A DNA stretch of 53,957 nucleotides from Bacteroidales bacterium (GTDB lineage: Bacteria > Bacteroidota > Bacteroidia > Bacteroidales > JAGOPY01), in contig JAHYJL010000002.1 in NCBI GenBank assembly GCA_019429045.1, positions 1 through 53,957 on the forward strand, written 5' to 3'. The position numbers and the translations under genes were made by a program. Shown here one piece after another: positions 1-7,588 of this stretch (positions are counted from its first letter, which is position 1; each line of letters begins with the position of its first letter). The notes under the pieces are model-generated. The model was not told the origin of the DNA, did not search any database, and was given only the letters and a program-made list of their open reading frames with translations.

Positions 1-489
1 ATGGATCATCAGGTCGAGAACCACGGGGACGTCAGTTCCCCTTGGGTTGAACTGTGCCAGGCGATGGGCTTCGATGAACATCGGATTGGTGATATATGGC
101 TGCACGGCCATGAAAGCGGGATTGAAGCGCTCTACGTGGCCCACCTGCACCTTCACCCCTGCTTCGTCGGCAAAGACCATGAGCTGGCGCGCCTCTTCCG
201 GTGTTGTGACAACAGGCTTTTCAATGAAAACATGCCTGGCTTTTTTCAGTGAGCGGGAAGCGCAATCAAAATGCGAAATTGTGGGGGTTACAATATCGAC
301 CACATCAACGGCATCAATCAGCTCGTCGATGCCGGGAAACCTGTGGATCCCAAACTCTTTCTCCACCCTTGCGGCCGTCTTCTCATCGGCATCATAAAAG
401 CCTTTCAGTTCATAATCCGGTATTTCACGAATACATTTCAGATGGATCTTACCGAGATGTCCGGCGCCTAAAACCCCAATTTTTAGCAT
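1..489 (-). CDS. Gfo/Idh/MocA family oxidoreductase, N-terminal 163 codons (3' end off-window)
   Basis: Not in the supplied track because it has no stop in the window. My reverse-strand translation from ATG 489-487 gives MLKIGVLGAGHLGKIHLKCIREIPDYELKGFYDADEKTAARVEKEFGIHRF...ARHVFIEKPVVTTPEEARQL. It has an N-terminal Rossmann GxGxxG and the family-typical EKP motif. The overlapping + strand ORFs (1..252, 47..397, 249..587) look like shadow frames. Confidence 0.8.
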   Translation of the reverse strand, partial: MLKIGVLGAGHLGKIHLKCIREIPDYELKGFYDADEKTAARVEKEFGIHRFPGIDELIDAVDVVDIVTPTISHFDCASRSLKKARHVFIEKPVVTTPEEARQLMVFADEAGVKVQVGHVERFNPAFMAVQPYITNPMFIEAHRLAQFNPRGTDVPVVLDLMIH

Positions 490-505
490 ATGGTCGATTT
501 TTGTG

Positions 506-513
506 CAAAAGTA
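506..513 (-). promoter_or_regulatory. candidate Bacteroidota -7 promoter box (TACTTTTG)
   Basis: Matches TAnnTTTG on the - strand, 16 nt upstream of ATG 489. Confidence 0.4.
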
Positions 514-619
514 GTCTTTTTGGCGTTAAAAAGATTGTCCGTCAATGCACCCGTTATAAGTCTGTTTTACTATTTTCGCTGTTTTGAACCACACAGATAA
601 TCATTGGAAATAAAAACAA

Positions 620-1270
620 GTGGAACAGGACAACTACCGGCACAAAGGACTGAGGAAGAGGCTCATCGATTCACTACGGGAAAAAGGGATTAAGGATGAA
701 AATGTTTTACGGGCCATGAACAAGGTTCCCCGGCATCTATTCCTGGATTCTTCTTTCCTCGAATTTGCCTACCAGGACAAGGCATTTCCCATCGGGTCGG
801 GGCAGACTATTTCGCAACCCTACACAGTTGCTTACCAGTCAGAACTTTTACAGGTGAAACCGGAAGAGAAGATACTGGAGATCGGCACCGGATCGGGCTA
901 TCAATCGTGTGTGCTGCTGGAGATGGGCGCTAAGGTTTACACAATCGAAAGGCAGAAACACCTGTACGAAAAGACAAAAGCCTTGCTTCCTCAGATCCGG
1001 TATTTTCCGAAAATGTTTTATGGGGATGGATACAAAGGGCTTCCGGCATTTGCGCCATTCGATAAGATCATCATCACAGCTGCCGCTGCTGATATCCCGA
1101 AGCCATTGCTTGATCAGCTGAAGCCCGGAGGGATCCTCGTCGTCCCTGTCGGCCCACCCGACCTACAGGTGATGGTCACTTTACATAAGAACAAGGAAGG
1201 AGAAATCGTCCGGACAGCGCACGACACCTTCCGTTTCGTACCTATGCTCGGCAACAAAGCGAAAGACTGA
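620..1270 (+). CDS. pcm: protein-L-isoaspartate O-methyltransferase
   Basis: 216 aa with a GTG start. It carries GQTISQPYTVA and the SAM-binding LEIGTGSGYQ motif, and the length is typical of Pcm. Confidence 0.9.
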   Translation: MEQDNYRHKGLRKRLIDSLREKGIKDENVLRAMNKVPRHLFLDSSFLEFAYQDKAFPIGSGQTISQPYTVAYQSELLQVKPEEKILEIGTGSGYQSCVLLEMGAKVYTIERQKHLYEKTKALLPQIRYFPKMFYGDGYKGLPAFAPFDKIIITAAAADIPKPLLDQLKPGGILVVPVGPPDLQVMVTLHKNKEGEIVRTAHDTFRFVPMLGNKAKD

Positions 1271-1283
1271 GAATGCACTTATT

Positions 1284-1381
1284 GTTTCGTGTTTCGTGTT
1301 TCGTGTTTCGTGTTTCGTGTTTCGTGTTTCGTGTTTCGTGTTTCGTGTTTCGTGTTTCGTGTTTCGTGTTTCGTGTTTTCT
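1284..1381 (+). repeat. tandem heptamer array (GTTTCGT)x13 perfect plus 1 degenerate copy (GTTTTCT)
   Basis: Counted directly: perfect copies at 1284+7k up to 1374. It lies between the pcm stop (1270) and the lipoprotein ATG (1450). Confidence 0.98.
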
Positions 1382-1449
1382 GTCTTCTAACTTCTTTTGC
1401 TTATCTTTACATCTTCAAACAAGAACATCAATTTAAAATTTTATCAACC

Positions 1450-2340
1450 ATGAAAAAAACACTTTTGTTTGCGCTTTCATTACTGATTTCTTCAGTGCTT
1501 TTCCTTTCGTCCTGCACCGATGATGACGAACCGCTAAATCAGCCTCCCACCATCAGTTTTGTGGCAGGAGCTAACTTTATATCAAGTAACGCTACTGTGA
1601 AAGTGAATCAACCTTTCATCGTAAAAATTCTGGCTGAAGCCAATACAGCTTCAGGTTCCAAAATTCAGTCGCTGAAAATCAGCCGTGTATTCAATATGCA
1701 GGCCTGGGACACTACTTTTGCGTATAATGATGCAACTTTCACACTTGAAGTGACCTTTACGGCCAATTCTCAAGTAGGTGTGGAGAGAATTACATTTGAA
1801 ATTACCGATAAGGCCGGCCAAAAAGCTTCAAAATTCCTTGACATCACTACAGAGCCGGATATCACTCCCATCGAGTATTTCTCCATGAAGATACTGGGAT
1901 CATACCAGAACCCAACCGGTAGTTCTTTTGCTTCCATCAACGGGAATGTCTATACCATGGCCCAGGCCTTTGCCAACCAGGCAATTATCGACTTCCTCTA
2001 TTGGTGGGGCGCATCTGCTTTAGCCACGATCGGAGCGCCTGATGATGAAAATGCAAATCTGGTTTATACCGGTGTTAACGGTTTGCCCAACTGGGCTATC
2101 AAAAATGCCACCCGTTTCAAAACTACCACTGTTACAGCGACTGAATTCGATGCGCTGGATGATGGCGCCTCGATTATCGATGCCGCCACCGGATCGGATC
2201 AGACACGCATAGGCTCCCTGGCTGTCGGCAACGTGATAGCCTTCAAGACGGTTACAGGAAAACATGGCCTGATCAAGGTGGTAAATATCAATGACGGCGC
2301 TGCCGGCGATATCACCATCGATGTTAAGGTGGAACTTTAG
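1450..2340 (+). CDS. hypothetical lipoprotein
   Basis: The track ORF 1273..2340 starts inside the GTTTCGT array, giving a FRVSC-repeat artefact. The in-frame ATG at 1450 gives MKKTLLFALSLLISSVLFLSSC, a lipoprotein signal peptide with a lipobox Cys. I recognise no family. Confidence 0.7.
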   Translation: MKKTLLFALSLLISSVLFLSSCTDDDEPLNQPPTISFVAGANFISSNATVKVNQPFIVKILAEANTASGSKIQSLKISRVFNMQAWDTTFAYNDATFTLEVTFTANSQVGVERITFEITDKAGQKASKFLDITTEPDITPIEYFSMKILGSYQNPTGSSFASINGNVYTMAQAFANQAIIDFLYWWGASALATIGAPDDENANLVYTGVNGLPNWAIKNATRFKTTTVTATEFDALDDGASIIDAATGSDQTRIGSLAVGNVIAFKTVTGKHGLIKVVNINDGAAGDITIDVKVEL

Positions 2341-2380
2341 CATTTTCGTTAATTTTTCGTTAATTACGGTTCTTTAAATA

Positions 2381-2435
2381 TTCATCTCCATCATTTTTGA
2401 TAATTTTGAAAAATGATGGAGATGAATTTTATTTT
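2381..2435 (+). promoter_or_regulatory. 18-bp perfect inverted repeat (stem-loop) plus T-tract overlapping the hydroxylase start codons
   Basis: The left arm 2381-2398 TTCATCTCCATCATTTTT is the exact reverse complement of the right arm 2409-2426 AAAAATGATGGAGATGAA. The loop is 2399-2408 GATAATTTTG, followed by TTTTATTTT (2427-2435). The right arm contains the ATGs at 2413, 2416 and 2422. Confidence 0.7.
2401..2408 (+). promoter_or_regulatory. candidate -7 box (TAATTTTG) in the loop of the 2381-2426 hairpin
   Basis: Matches TAnnTTTG, and its G lies 4 nt before ATG 2413. This would imply a leaderless or near-leaderless hydroxylase mRNA. Confidence 0.35.
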
Positions 2436-4158
2436 GGAGAAACTCCCCAGGCACCTGATGCAGCTGGTCATCGACCAGCCTTATAACAGTTACACTTCAC
2501 AGAATCATGCCGTCTGGCGGTACGTGATGCGGCAGAATGTCCGTTATCTGAGCAAGGTAGCCCATGGTTCATACATGGGCGGGTTAAAAAGGACAGGAAT
2601 CTCCATTGACAGTATCCCCCACATGTACGGAATGAACCGTATCCTGAAGGAGATCGGATGGGCAGCCGTGGCTGTGGACGGGTTCATTCCCCCTTCGGCA
2701 TTCATGGAGTTCCAGGCTTACAATGTCCTCGTCATTGCCGCCGATATCCGCCCGATTGACCAAATCGAATACACACCTGCACCCGATATCATTCACGAGG
2801 CGGCAGGCCATGCGCCCATCATAGCCGACCCTGAATATGCCGAATACCTGAAACTTTTCGGACAAATAGGATCCAAGGCTTTCTCTTCAGCCCGCGATTT
2901 TGAGATATACGAAGCCGTCCGCCACCTTTCAATCCTGAAAGCCAATCCCTATACTACACCTGATGCAATTGTGAACGCAGAAAAGGAGCTCGCTGAAGTT
3001 GAGGCTATCCAGGAAACGGCATCCGAGATGTCGCGCATCAGGAACCTTCACTGGTGGACCGTGGAATACGGCCTGATCGGTGATCTGAAAAGCCCTAAAA
3101 TATATGGCGCAGGCCTTCTTTCATCCATCGGGGAAAGTTATTCCTCCCTGCAGCCACTGGTCAAAAAGATACCCTACACGATCAAAGCCGCCGATTACAA
3201 TTTCGATATCACCACCCGGCAGCCACAGCTTTTCGTGACGCCCGATTTTCAGCATCTGACCGATGTGCTGCTCGAATTCGAGAAAACGATGGCATTGCAG
3301 ACCGGTGGCGTGGACGGAGTGATGAAAGCTATCGAATCAGGTTATACCGGGACCTGTGTTTATAGTTCGGGATTGCAGGTTTCAGGCACTTTCCAGGAAA
3401 TGATCATCCACCAGGAAACGCCCGTCTATATCAAAACCGAAGGGCCAACCCAGCTCTGCTTTGAAAACCTTCAACTGGAAGGCCACGGCAAGGATTACCA
3501 CAGCCATGGATTCAGTTCCCCTGTTGGAAAATTAAAAGATGTTGCCACTCCCCTGGAAATGCTGACCGATGGAGAACTGATGGACCTTGGCCTGGAAACC
3601 GGCAAAACTGTGATGCTTACCTTCGAATCGGGTGTGATTGTCAAAGGAAACCTGCAACGGATCTGGCGCAAAAATGGCCGTATCATTCTGTTGACTTTTA
3701 CAGATTGCACCGTAACATTCAGGGACAGGGTCCTTTTCAAACCTGAATGGGGAAACTTTGATATGGCTGTCGGTGAAAAGATCGTCTCGGCCTTTTCAGG
3801 GCCGGCCGATCCATATGCTTTCGAATTGGAATATCCCGTTCCGAAAGAAAAAACCCACAAAATTATTCACTCCCCCGATGCCATTCAGCTTCACAGCCTA
3901 TACCAGGCAGTCAGGGAAATTCGTGAAAACGGGGCCGGTCAGAAGAAATTACATGACATCTGGCCTCAATTGTGCAGCAAATACCCGGAAGAATGGCTCT
4001 TGCCTTTAGAGATTCTGGAAATTTCAGCCGAAGGATTCCAGTATGAAGGATTACAAAAAGAAGTCAGGGAATATCTGGATAAGAAAAAAGCGGCTGAACC
4101 GGGTTTAAAGACACTGATTGACAACGGTTATGCTGCAGTCTCAGGGTTAAATGAGTAG
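2413..4158 (+). CDS. aromatic amino acid hydroxylase (phenylalanine-4-hydroxylase-like) with a long C-terminal extension
   Basis: 581 aa. It has the iron-ligand motif PDIIHEAAGHAPIIADPEYAEYLKLFG (HExxGH) and WWTVEYGLI, as in biopterin-dependent hydroxylases. It sits beside the homogentisate pathway genes. Confidence 0.85.
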   Translation: MMEMNFILEKLPRHLMQLVIDQPYNSYTSQNHAVWRYVMRQNVRYLSKVAHGSYMGGLKRTGISIDSIPHMYGMNRILKEIGWAAVAVDGFIPPSAFMEFQAYNVLVIAADIRPIDQIEYTPAPDIIHEAAGHAPIIADPEYAEYLKLFGQIGSKAFSSARDFEIYEAVRHLSILKANPYTTPDAIVNAEKELAEVEAIQETASEMSRIRNLHWWTVEYGLIGDLKSPKIYGAGLLSSIGESYSSLQPLVKKIPYTIKAADYNFDITTRQPQLFVTPDFQHLTDVLLEFEKTMALQTGGVDGVMKAIESGYTGTCVYSSGLQVSGTFQEMIIHQETPVYIKTEGPTQLCFENLQLEGHGKDYHSHGFSSPVGKLKDVATPLEMLTDGELMDLGLETGKTVMLTFESGVIVKGNLQRIWRKNGRIILLTFTDCTVTFRDRVLFKPEWGNFDMAVGEKIVSAFSGPADPYAFELEYPVPKEKTHKIIHSPDAIQLHSLYQAVREIRENGAGQKKLHDIWPQLCSKYPEEWLLPLEILEISAEGFQYEGLQKEVREYLDKKKAAEPGLKTLIDNGYAAVSGLNE

Positions 4159-5019
4159 GATTTTCAGCGCTTCATAAACCTCTCCCCTGCTGATTAACTC
4201 TTTAGCCAGCAATTGCAAGGCGTGAGCTTTATCGCCTGATTGCAGCAGCCTGGCCACGTTTACCTGCTTTGCCATGTTGTCAATCTCTTCCCGGGAAGGC
4301 ATGACAGGAAGATTTCCCAGCAGCCCGAGATCATTTCCGGAAAGAATTTTACTCAATCTGACTTGTTCCGGCAATGCATCAACACCGATACCGATTGATG
4401 ACAGAGGTTTTTCCACCTTAAAAATCCCCTCTCCAAAGGCTTTGCAATACCAGTCCCGGCCCATTCTCCCGATGAGCCTGATCTTTTCCTGGTCAATCAA
4501 GCCGTCTTCAGCCAATACATCCTCACTGATGTGCATTAGCAATACTTCACAGATGACCAGGTTGGCTGCACCGCCACCCTGGCCTGTTTCAATAACATCG
4601 CGGACCCTGCATTCCAACTGCACCGGGGACTCCTTTACGCGGAAGGGTTTTACTTTCTCAGAAACCAGTTTCGTAAACCCGGCTTTTTCAAATTCATCAA
4701 CCCCACCGGGAAATTCCGAGCTGGCGAGGCTGGCCTGGTTGACCATTTCGTAAGTTACGACATTGATCACCACTTCAGGTACCACTTTCACATTTTCATA
4801 GGTATGCTTAGTGGTATTGTCTCGTCCGCGGCGGGAGGGGGAGAATATTAATGTTGTAGGATTGACCCCGAAAACATTAAAGAAACTGAATGGGGAAAGA
4901 TTGGGCCTCCCTTCGGCATCCACCGTGCTGGCAAAAGCGATCGGGCGGGGGCCGATACTCCCGAGGAGGAGCTGGTGTATGCGCTGAGTGGTTATATCTG
5001 AGGGGGAAAAGGAATGCAT
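4147..5019 (-). CDS. flavin reductase-like (FMN-binding split-barrel) family protein
   Basis: 290 aa. The N-terminal LLLGSIGPRPIAFASTVDAEGRPNLSPFSFFNVF is typical of the flavin reductase-like domain. It is the last gene of the co-directional hmgA-hppD-fahA block. Its 3' end overlaps the convergent hydroxylase by 12 nt. Confidence 0.8.
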   Translation of the reverse strand: MHSFSPSDITTQRIHQLLLGSIGPRPIAFASTVDAEGRPNLSPFSFFNVFGVNPTTLIFSPSRRGRDNTTKHTYENVKVVPEVVINVVTYEMVNQASLASSEFPGGVDEFEKAGFTKLVSEKVKPFRVKESPVQLECRVRDVIETGQGGGAANLVICEVLLMHISEDVLAEDGLIDQEKIRLIGRMGRDWYCKAFGEGIFKVEKPLSSIGIGVDALPEQVRLSKILSGNDLGLLGNLPVMPSREEIDNMAKQVNVARLLQSGDKAHALQLLAKELISRGEVYEALKILLI

Positions 5020-5026
5020 GGGGGAT

Positions 5027-5096
5027 AGTTTTGAGTTTTGAGTTTTGAGTTTTGAGTTTTGAGTTTTGAGTGTTGAGTGTTGAGTGTTGAGTTAAT
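5027..5096 (+). repeat. tandem heptamer array (AGTTTTG)x6 (AGTGTTG)x3 plus degenerate AGTTAAT
   Basis: Counted directly. It fills the fahA stop (5104) to flavin-reductase ATG (5019) spacer. On the sense (-) strand it reads (CAACACT)3(CAAAACT)6, which contains no G. Confidence 0.98.
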
Positions 5097-5103
5097 TTGA
5101 GAT

Positions 5104-6408
5104 TTAATCCTTGGGGGGCAAAATTATTGTGGTTGCTTCGCCGAAGCCGATGCGAAGGCCATTTTTTTCGGCCCGGCCCCGCATTATGACCGTATCGCCG
5201 TCGTGGAGGAATTTCCGCTCTGAGCCATCGGGCATCCGGATGGGTCTGGTGCCTTTCCAGGTAAGTTCCAGCATAGAACCGAAAGATCCTTCATCTGGTC
5301 CGCTGATCGTCCCGGATGCGCATATATCTCCTGTCCTGACGTTGCACCCGTTCACTGTATGATGCGCCAGTTGCTGGCACATGTTCCAGTACATATATTT
5401 GAAATTAGAACGGCATACTAACATAGCGTCTTTTCCAGAAACTTCATCGCGCTCCGGCAAGCGGCTAACGGCCGGCGGCTCAATCGCCACCTCCAGTTGA
5501 ATATCATAGTTCCTGGCGCCTTCGAACTTCAGGTAAGGCAACACTTCCGGATCCTGAACCGGTCCCTTCGCCCGGAAAGGTTCCAGCGCTTCCAGGGTAA
5601 CAATCCAGGGAGAAATCACCGAGCCGAAGTTTTTGCTCAGAAAAGGCCCCAGCGGAACATATTCCCATTTCTGGATATCCCGGGCTGACAAGTCGTTAAA
5701 TAACACTAATCCAAAGATATAATCCTCCGCATTTGAAGTACTGATTGAGGTGCCCAGATCGGTATTTCCACCTACGATAAATCCAATCTCCAACTCGAAA
5801 TCCAGTTGCTGCGTAGGGCCAAAATCGGGAAAAGATTTGTCGTCGGCTTTGGTTTGCCCTTTCGGGCGATGAATGGGAGTACCCGAGACAACGATTGATG
5901 AGGCACGGCCGTGATAGCCAACAGGTATGTGCTTCCAGTTCGGCAGCAGTGCATTGGCCGGATCGCGGAACATCCTGCCAACATTGGTGGCATGCTCCTC
6001 GCTGGAATAAAAATCTGTGTAGTCGCCTACCGAAACGGGCATTTGCATTTTCACCTCATGCACAGGATACAGGGCGTGGTTTTGCAGTGCAAGGTTTTCT
6101 TTGATCATGGGATTATCCGAAGCAAAAAGCGTCATGATCAGCTCCCTGACTTTACCTGTAACCGGTTTGCCCAGGGCGATGAAATCGTTCAGGATAGGTT
6201 GGTAAAAGACAGATAAATCATTGATCTCCAAGTCATCAAAGAAACCGTGATCAGCCAGGACCGAAAGGTCAACCACCGTGTTGCCAATCCGGGTAGCCGG
6301 CCTTGGGCTGTTTTCATTGTTACTAAAGATCCCGAACGGGATATTCTGCAACGGAAAATCATTCCCTGCAGGCACCCGAATCCAGCTATATCTTAAATCA
6401 TTTCCCAT
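5104..6408 (-). CDS. fahA: fumarylacetoacetase
   Basis: 434 aa with the N-terminal SWIRVPAGNDFPLQNIPFGIFS and a C-terminal FAH-fold region. It is adjacent to hppD and hmgA. Confidence 0.92.
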   Translation of the reverse strand: MGNDLRYSWIRVPAGNDFPLQNIPFGIFSNNENSPRPATRIGNTVVDLSVLADHGFFDDLEINDLSVFYQPILNDFIALGKPVTGKVRELIMTLFASDNPMIKENLALQNHALYPVHEVKMQMPVSVGDYTDFYSSEEHATNVGRMFRDPANALLPNWKHIPVGYHGRASSIVVSGTPIHRPKGQTKADDKSFPDFGPTQQLDFELEIGFIVGGNTDLGTSISTSNAEDYIFGLVLFNDLSARDIQKWEYVPLGPFLSKNFGSVISPWIVTLEALEPFRAKGPVQDPEVLPYLKFEGARNYDIQLEVAIEPPAVSRLPERDEVSGKDAMLVCRSNFKYMYWNMCQQLAHHTVNGCNVRTGDICASGTISGPDEGSFGSMLELTWKGTRPIRMPDGSERKFLHDGDTVIMRGRAEKNGLRIGFGEATTIILPPKD

Positions 6409-6410
6409 CC

Positions 6411-6445
6411 TAAATTCAAAATTATAAATTCTAAATTCTAGATTT
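6411..6445 (+). repeat. degenerate heptamer array TAAATTC AAAATTA TAAATTC TAAATTC TAGATTT
   Basis: Five period-7 units fill the hppD stop (6444-6446) to fahA ATG (6408) spacer. Confidence 0.8.
6417..6424 (-). promoter_or_regulatory. candidate -7 box (TAATTTTG) inside the 6411 array
   Basis: Matches TAnnTTTG on the - strand, 8 nt upstream of the fahA ATG 6408. It may be fortuitous given the AT-rich repeat. Confidence 0.25.
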
Positions 6446-7538
6446 AAAGCGTTCCCCTTTTTTCCTGTTCCCTTTCGATCGATTCAAACAACGCTTTGAA
6501 ATTACCTTTTCCAAATGATTTCGCCCCTTTGCGCTGAATGATCTCATAAAATACCGTGGGCCTGTCTTCAACCGGCTTGGTGAAGATCTGCAGCAAATAC
6601 CCCTCGTCATCCCTGTCGACCAATATATTAAGATCTTTCAGCGGCAGCAAGTCTTCGTCAATCTCCCCTACCCTGTCGAGCACATCATCATAATATGAAT
6701 CTGGAACATAGAGAAATTCCACGCCACGCCTTCGCAGCTCGCCAACGGTATTGATGATATTATCGGTGGCCATAGCGACATGCTGCACGCCCGGCCCCCG
6801 GTAATAATCAATATACTCTTCTATCTGCGACTTTTTCTTCCCCTCTGCCGGCTCATTCAAAGGAAATTTGATACGGTCGTTGCCATTGGCCATTACTTTC
6901 GACATCAATGCCGTATATTCGGTAGAGATGTCCTTGTCGTCGAATGAGATCAACTGCCTGAATCCCATCACATCGGCATAAAATTTTGCCCAAAGGTTCA
7001 TTTCGCCCCAGCCCACATTACCAACCATATGATCGACATATTTCATGCCAATGGGTTCGGTTTTATAGGCCGGTTGCCATTTGGTAAACCCGGGGAGGAA
7101 TGGGCCTTTGTAATCCTTGCGCTCGACAAAGATATGCACCGTTTCGCCGTAGGTATGAATACCTGATCTCACGACCCGCCCATGCTCATCCTGTTCGACA
7201 ACAGGCTGCAGATATGGTTTGGCCCCTCTTTTGACGGTTTCATTGAAAGCGCTGGTGGCATCATCCACCCACAACGCAACAACTTTAACCCCGTCGCCGT
7301 GCAATTTCACATGCTCTCCGATAGGAGAATCGGGGATTAGAGCGGTGGTGAAAACGAAGCGGATCTTATCCTGTACCAGGACATAGGAAGTTTTTTCCTT
7401 GTCGCCGGTCTCCAGTCCCTTGTAAGCCAGAGGCTGAAATCCGAAAGCTGTCCGGTAATAGTAAGCTGCCTGTTTGGCATTGCCAACGTAAAACTCTACG
7501 TAGTCGGTGCCATTGATGGGGAGGAAATCGTGAAACAT
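6444..7538 (-). CDS. hppD: 4-hydroxyphenylpyruvate dioxygenase
   Basis: 364 aa, with two VOC/glyoxalase-like halves and a C-terminal FGKGNFKALFESIE motif typical of HPPD. Confidence 0.93.
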   Translation of the reverse strand: MFHDFLPINGTDYVEFYVGNAKQAAYYYRTAFGFQPLAYKGLETGDKEKTSYVLVQDKIRFVFTTALIPDSPIGEHVKLHGDGVKVVALWVDDATSAFNETVKRGAKPYLQPVVEQDEHGRVVRSGIHTYGETVHIFVERKDYKGPFLPGFTKWQPAYKTEPIGMKYVDHMVGNVGWGEMNLWAKFYADVMGFRQLISFDDKDISTEYTALMSKVMANGNDRIKFPLNEPAEGKKKSQIEEYIDYYRGPGVQHVAMATDNIINTVGELRRRGVEFLYVPDSYYDDVLDRVGEIDEDLLPLKDLNILVDRDDEGYLLQIFTKPVEDRPTVFYEIIQRKGAKSFGKGNFKALFESIEREQEKRGTL

Positions 7539-7546
7539 ACCTTTAT

Positions 7547-7581
7547 AGTTTTGAGTTTTGAGTTTTGAGTTTTGAGTTTAT
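7547..7581 (+). repeat. tandem heptamer array (AGTTTTG)x4 plus degenerate AGTTTAT
   Basis: Counted directly. The unit is the same as in the 5027 array. It lies between the hmgA stop (7589) and the hppD ATG (7538). Confidence 0.97.
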
Positions 7582-7588
7582 TTGGGAT

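Noticed and set aside
2344-2365. Direct 11-nt duplication TTTTCGTTAAT x2 just after the lipoprotein stop.
   Set aside because: There are only two copies and no obvious relation to the heptamer arrays or to a binding-site architecture. It was noted but not interpretable.
4147-4158. The 12-nt convergent overlap of the hydroxylase and flavin reductase 3' ends, as evidence of antisense regulation.
   Set aside because: Short 3' overlaps of convergent genes are common in compact genomes. Nothing in the sequence, neither a hairpin nor a repeat, suggests more.
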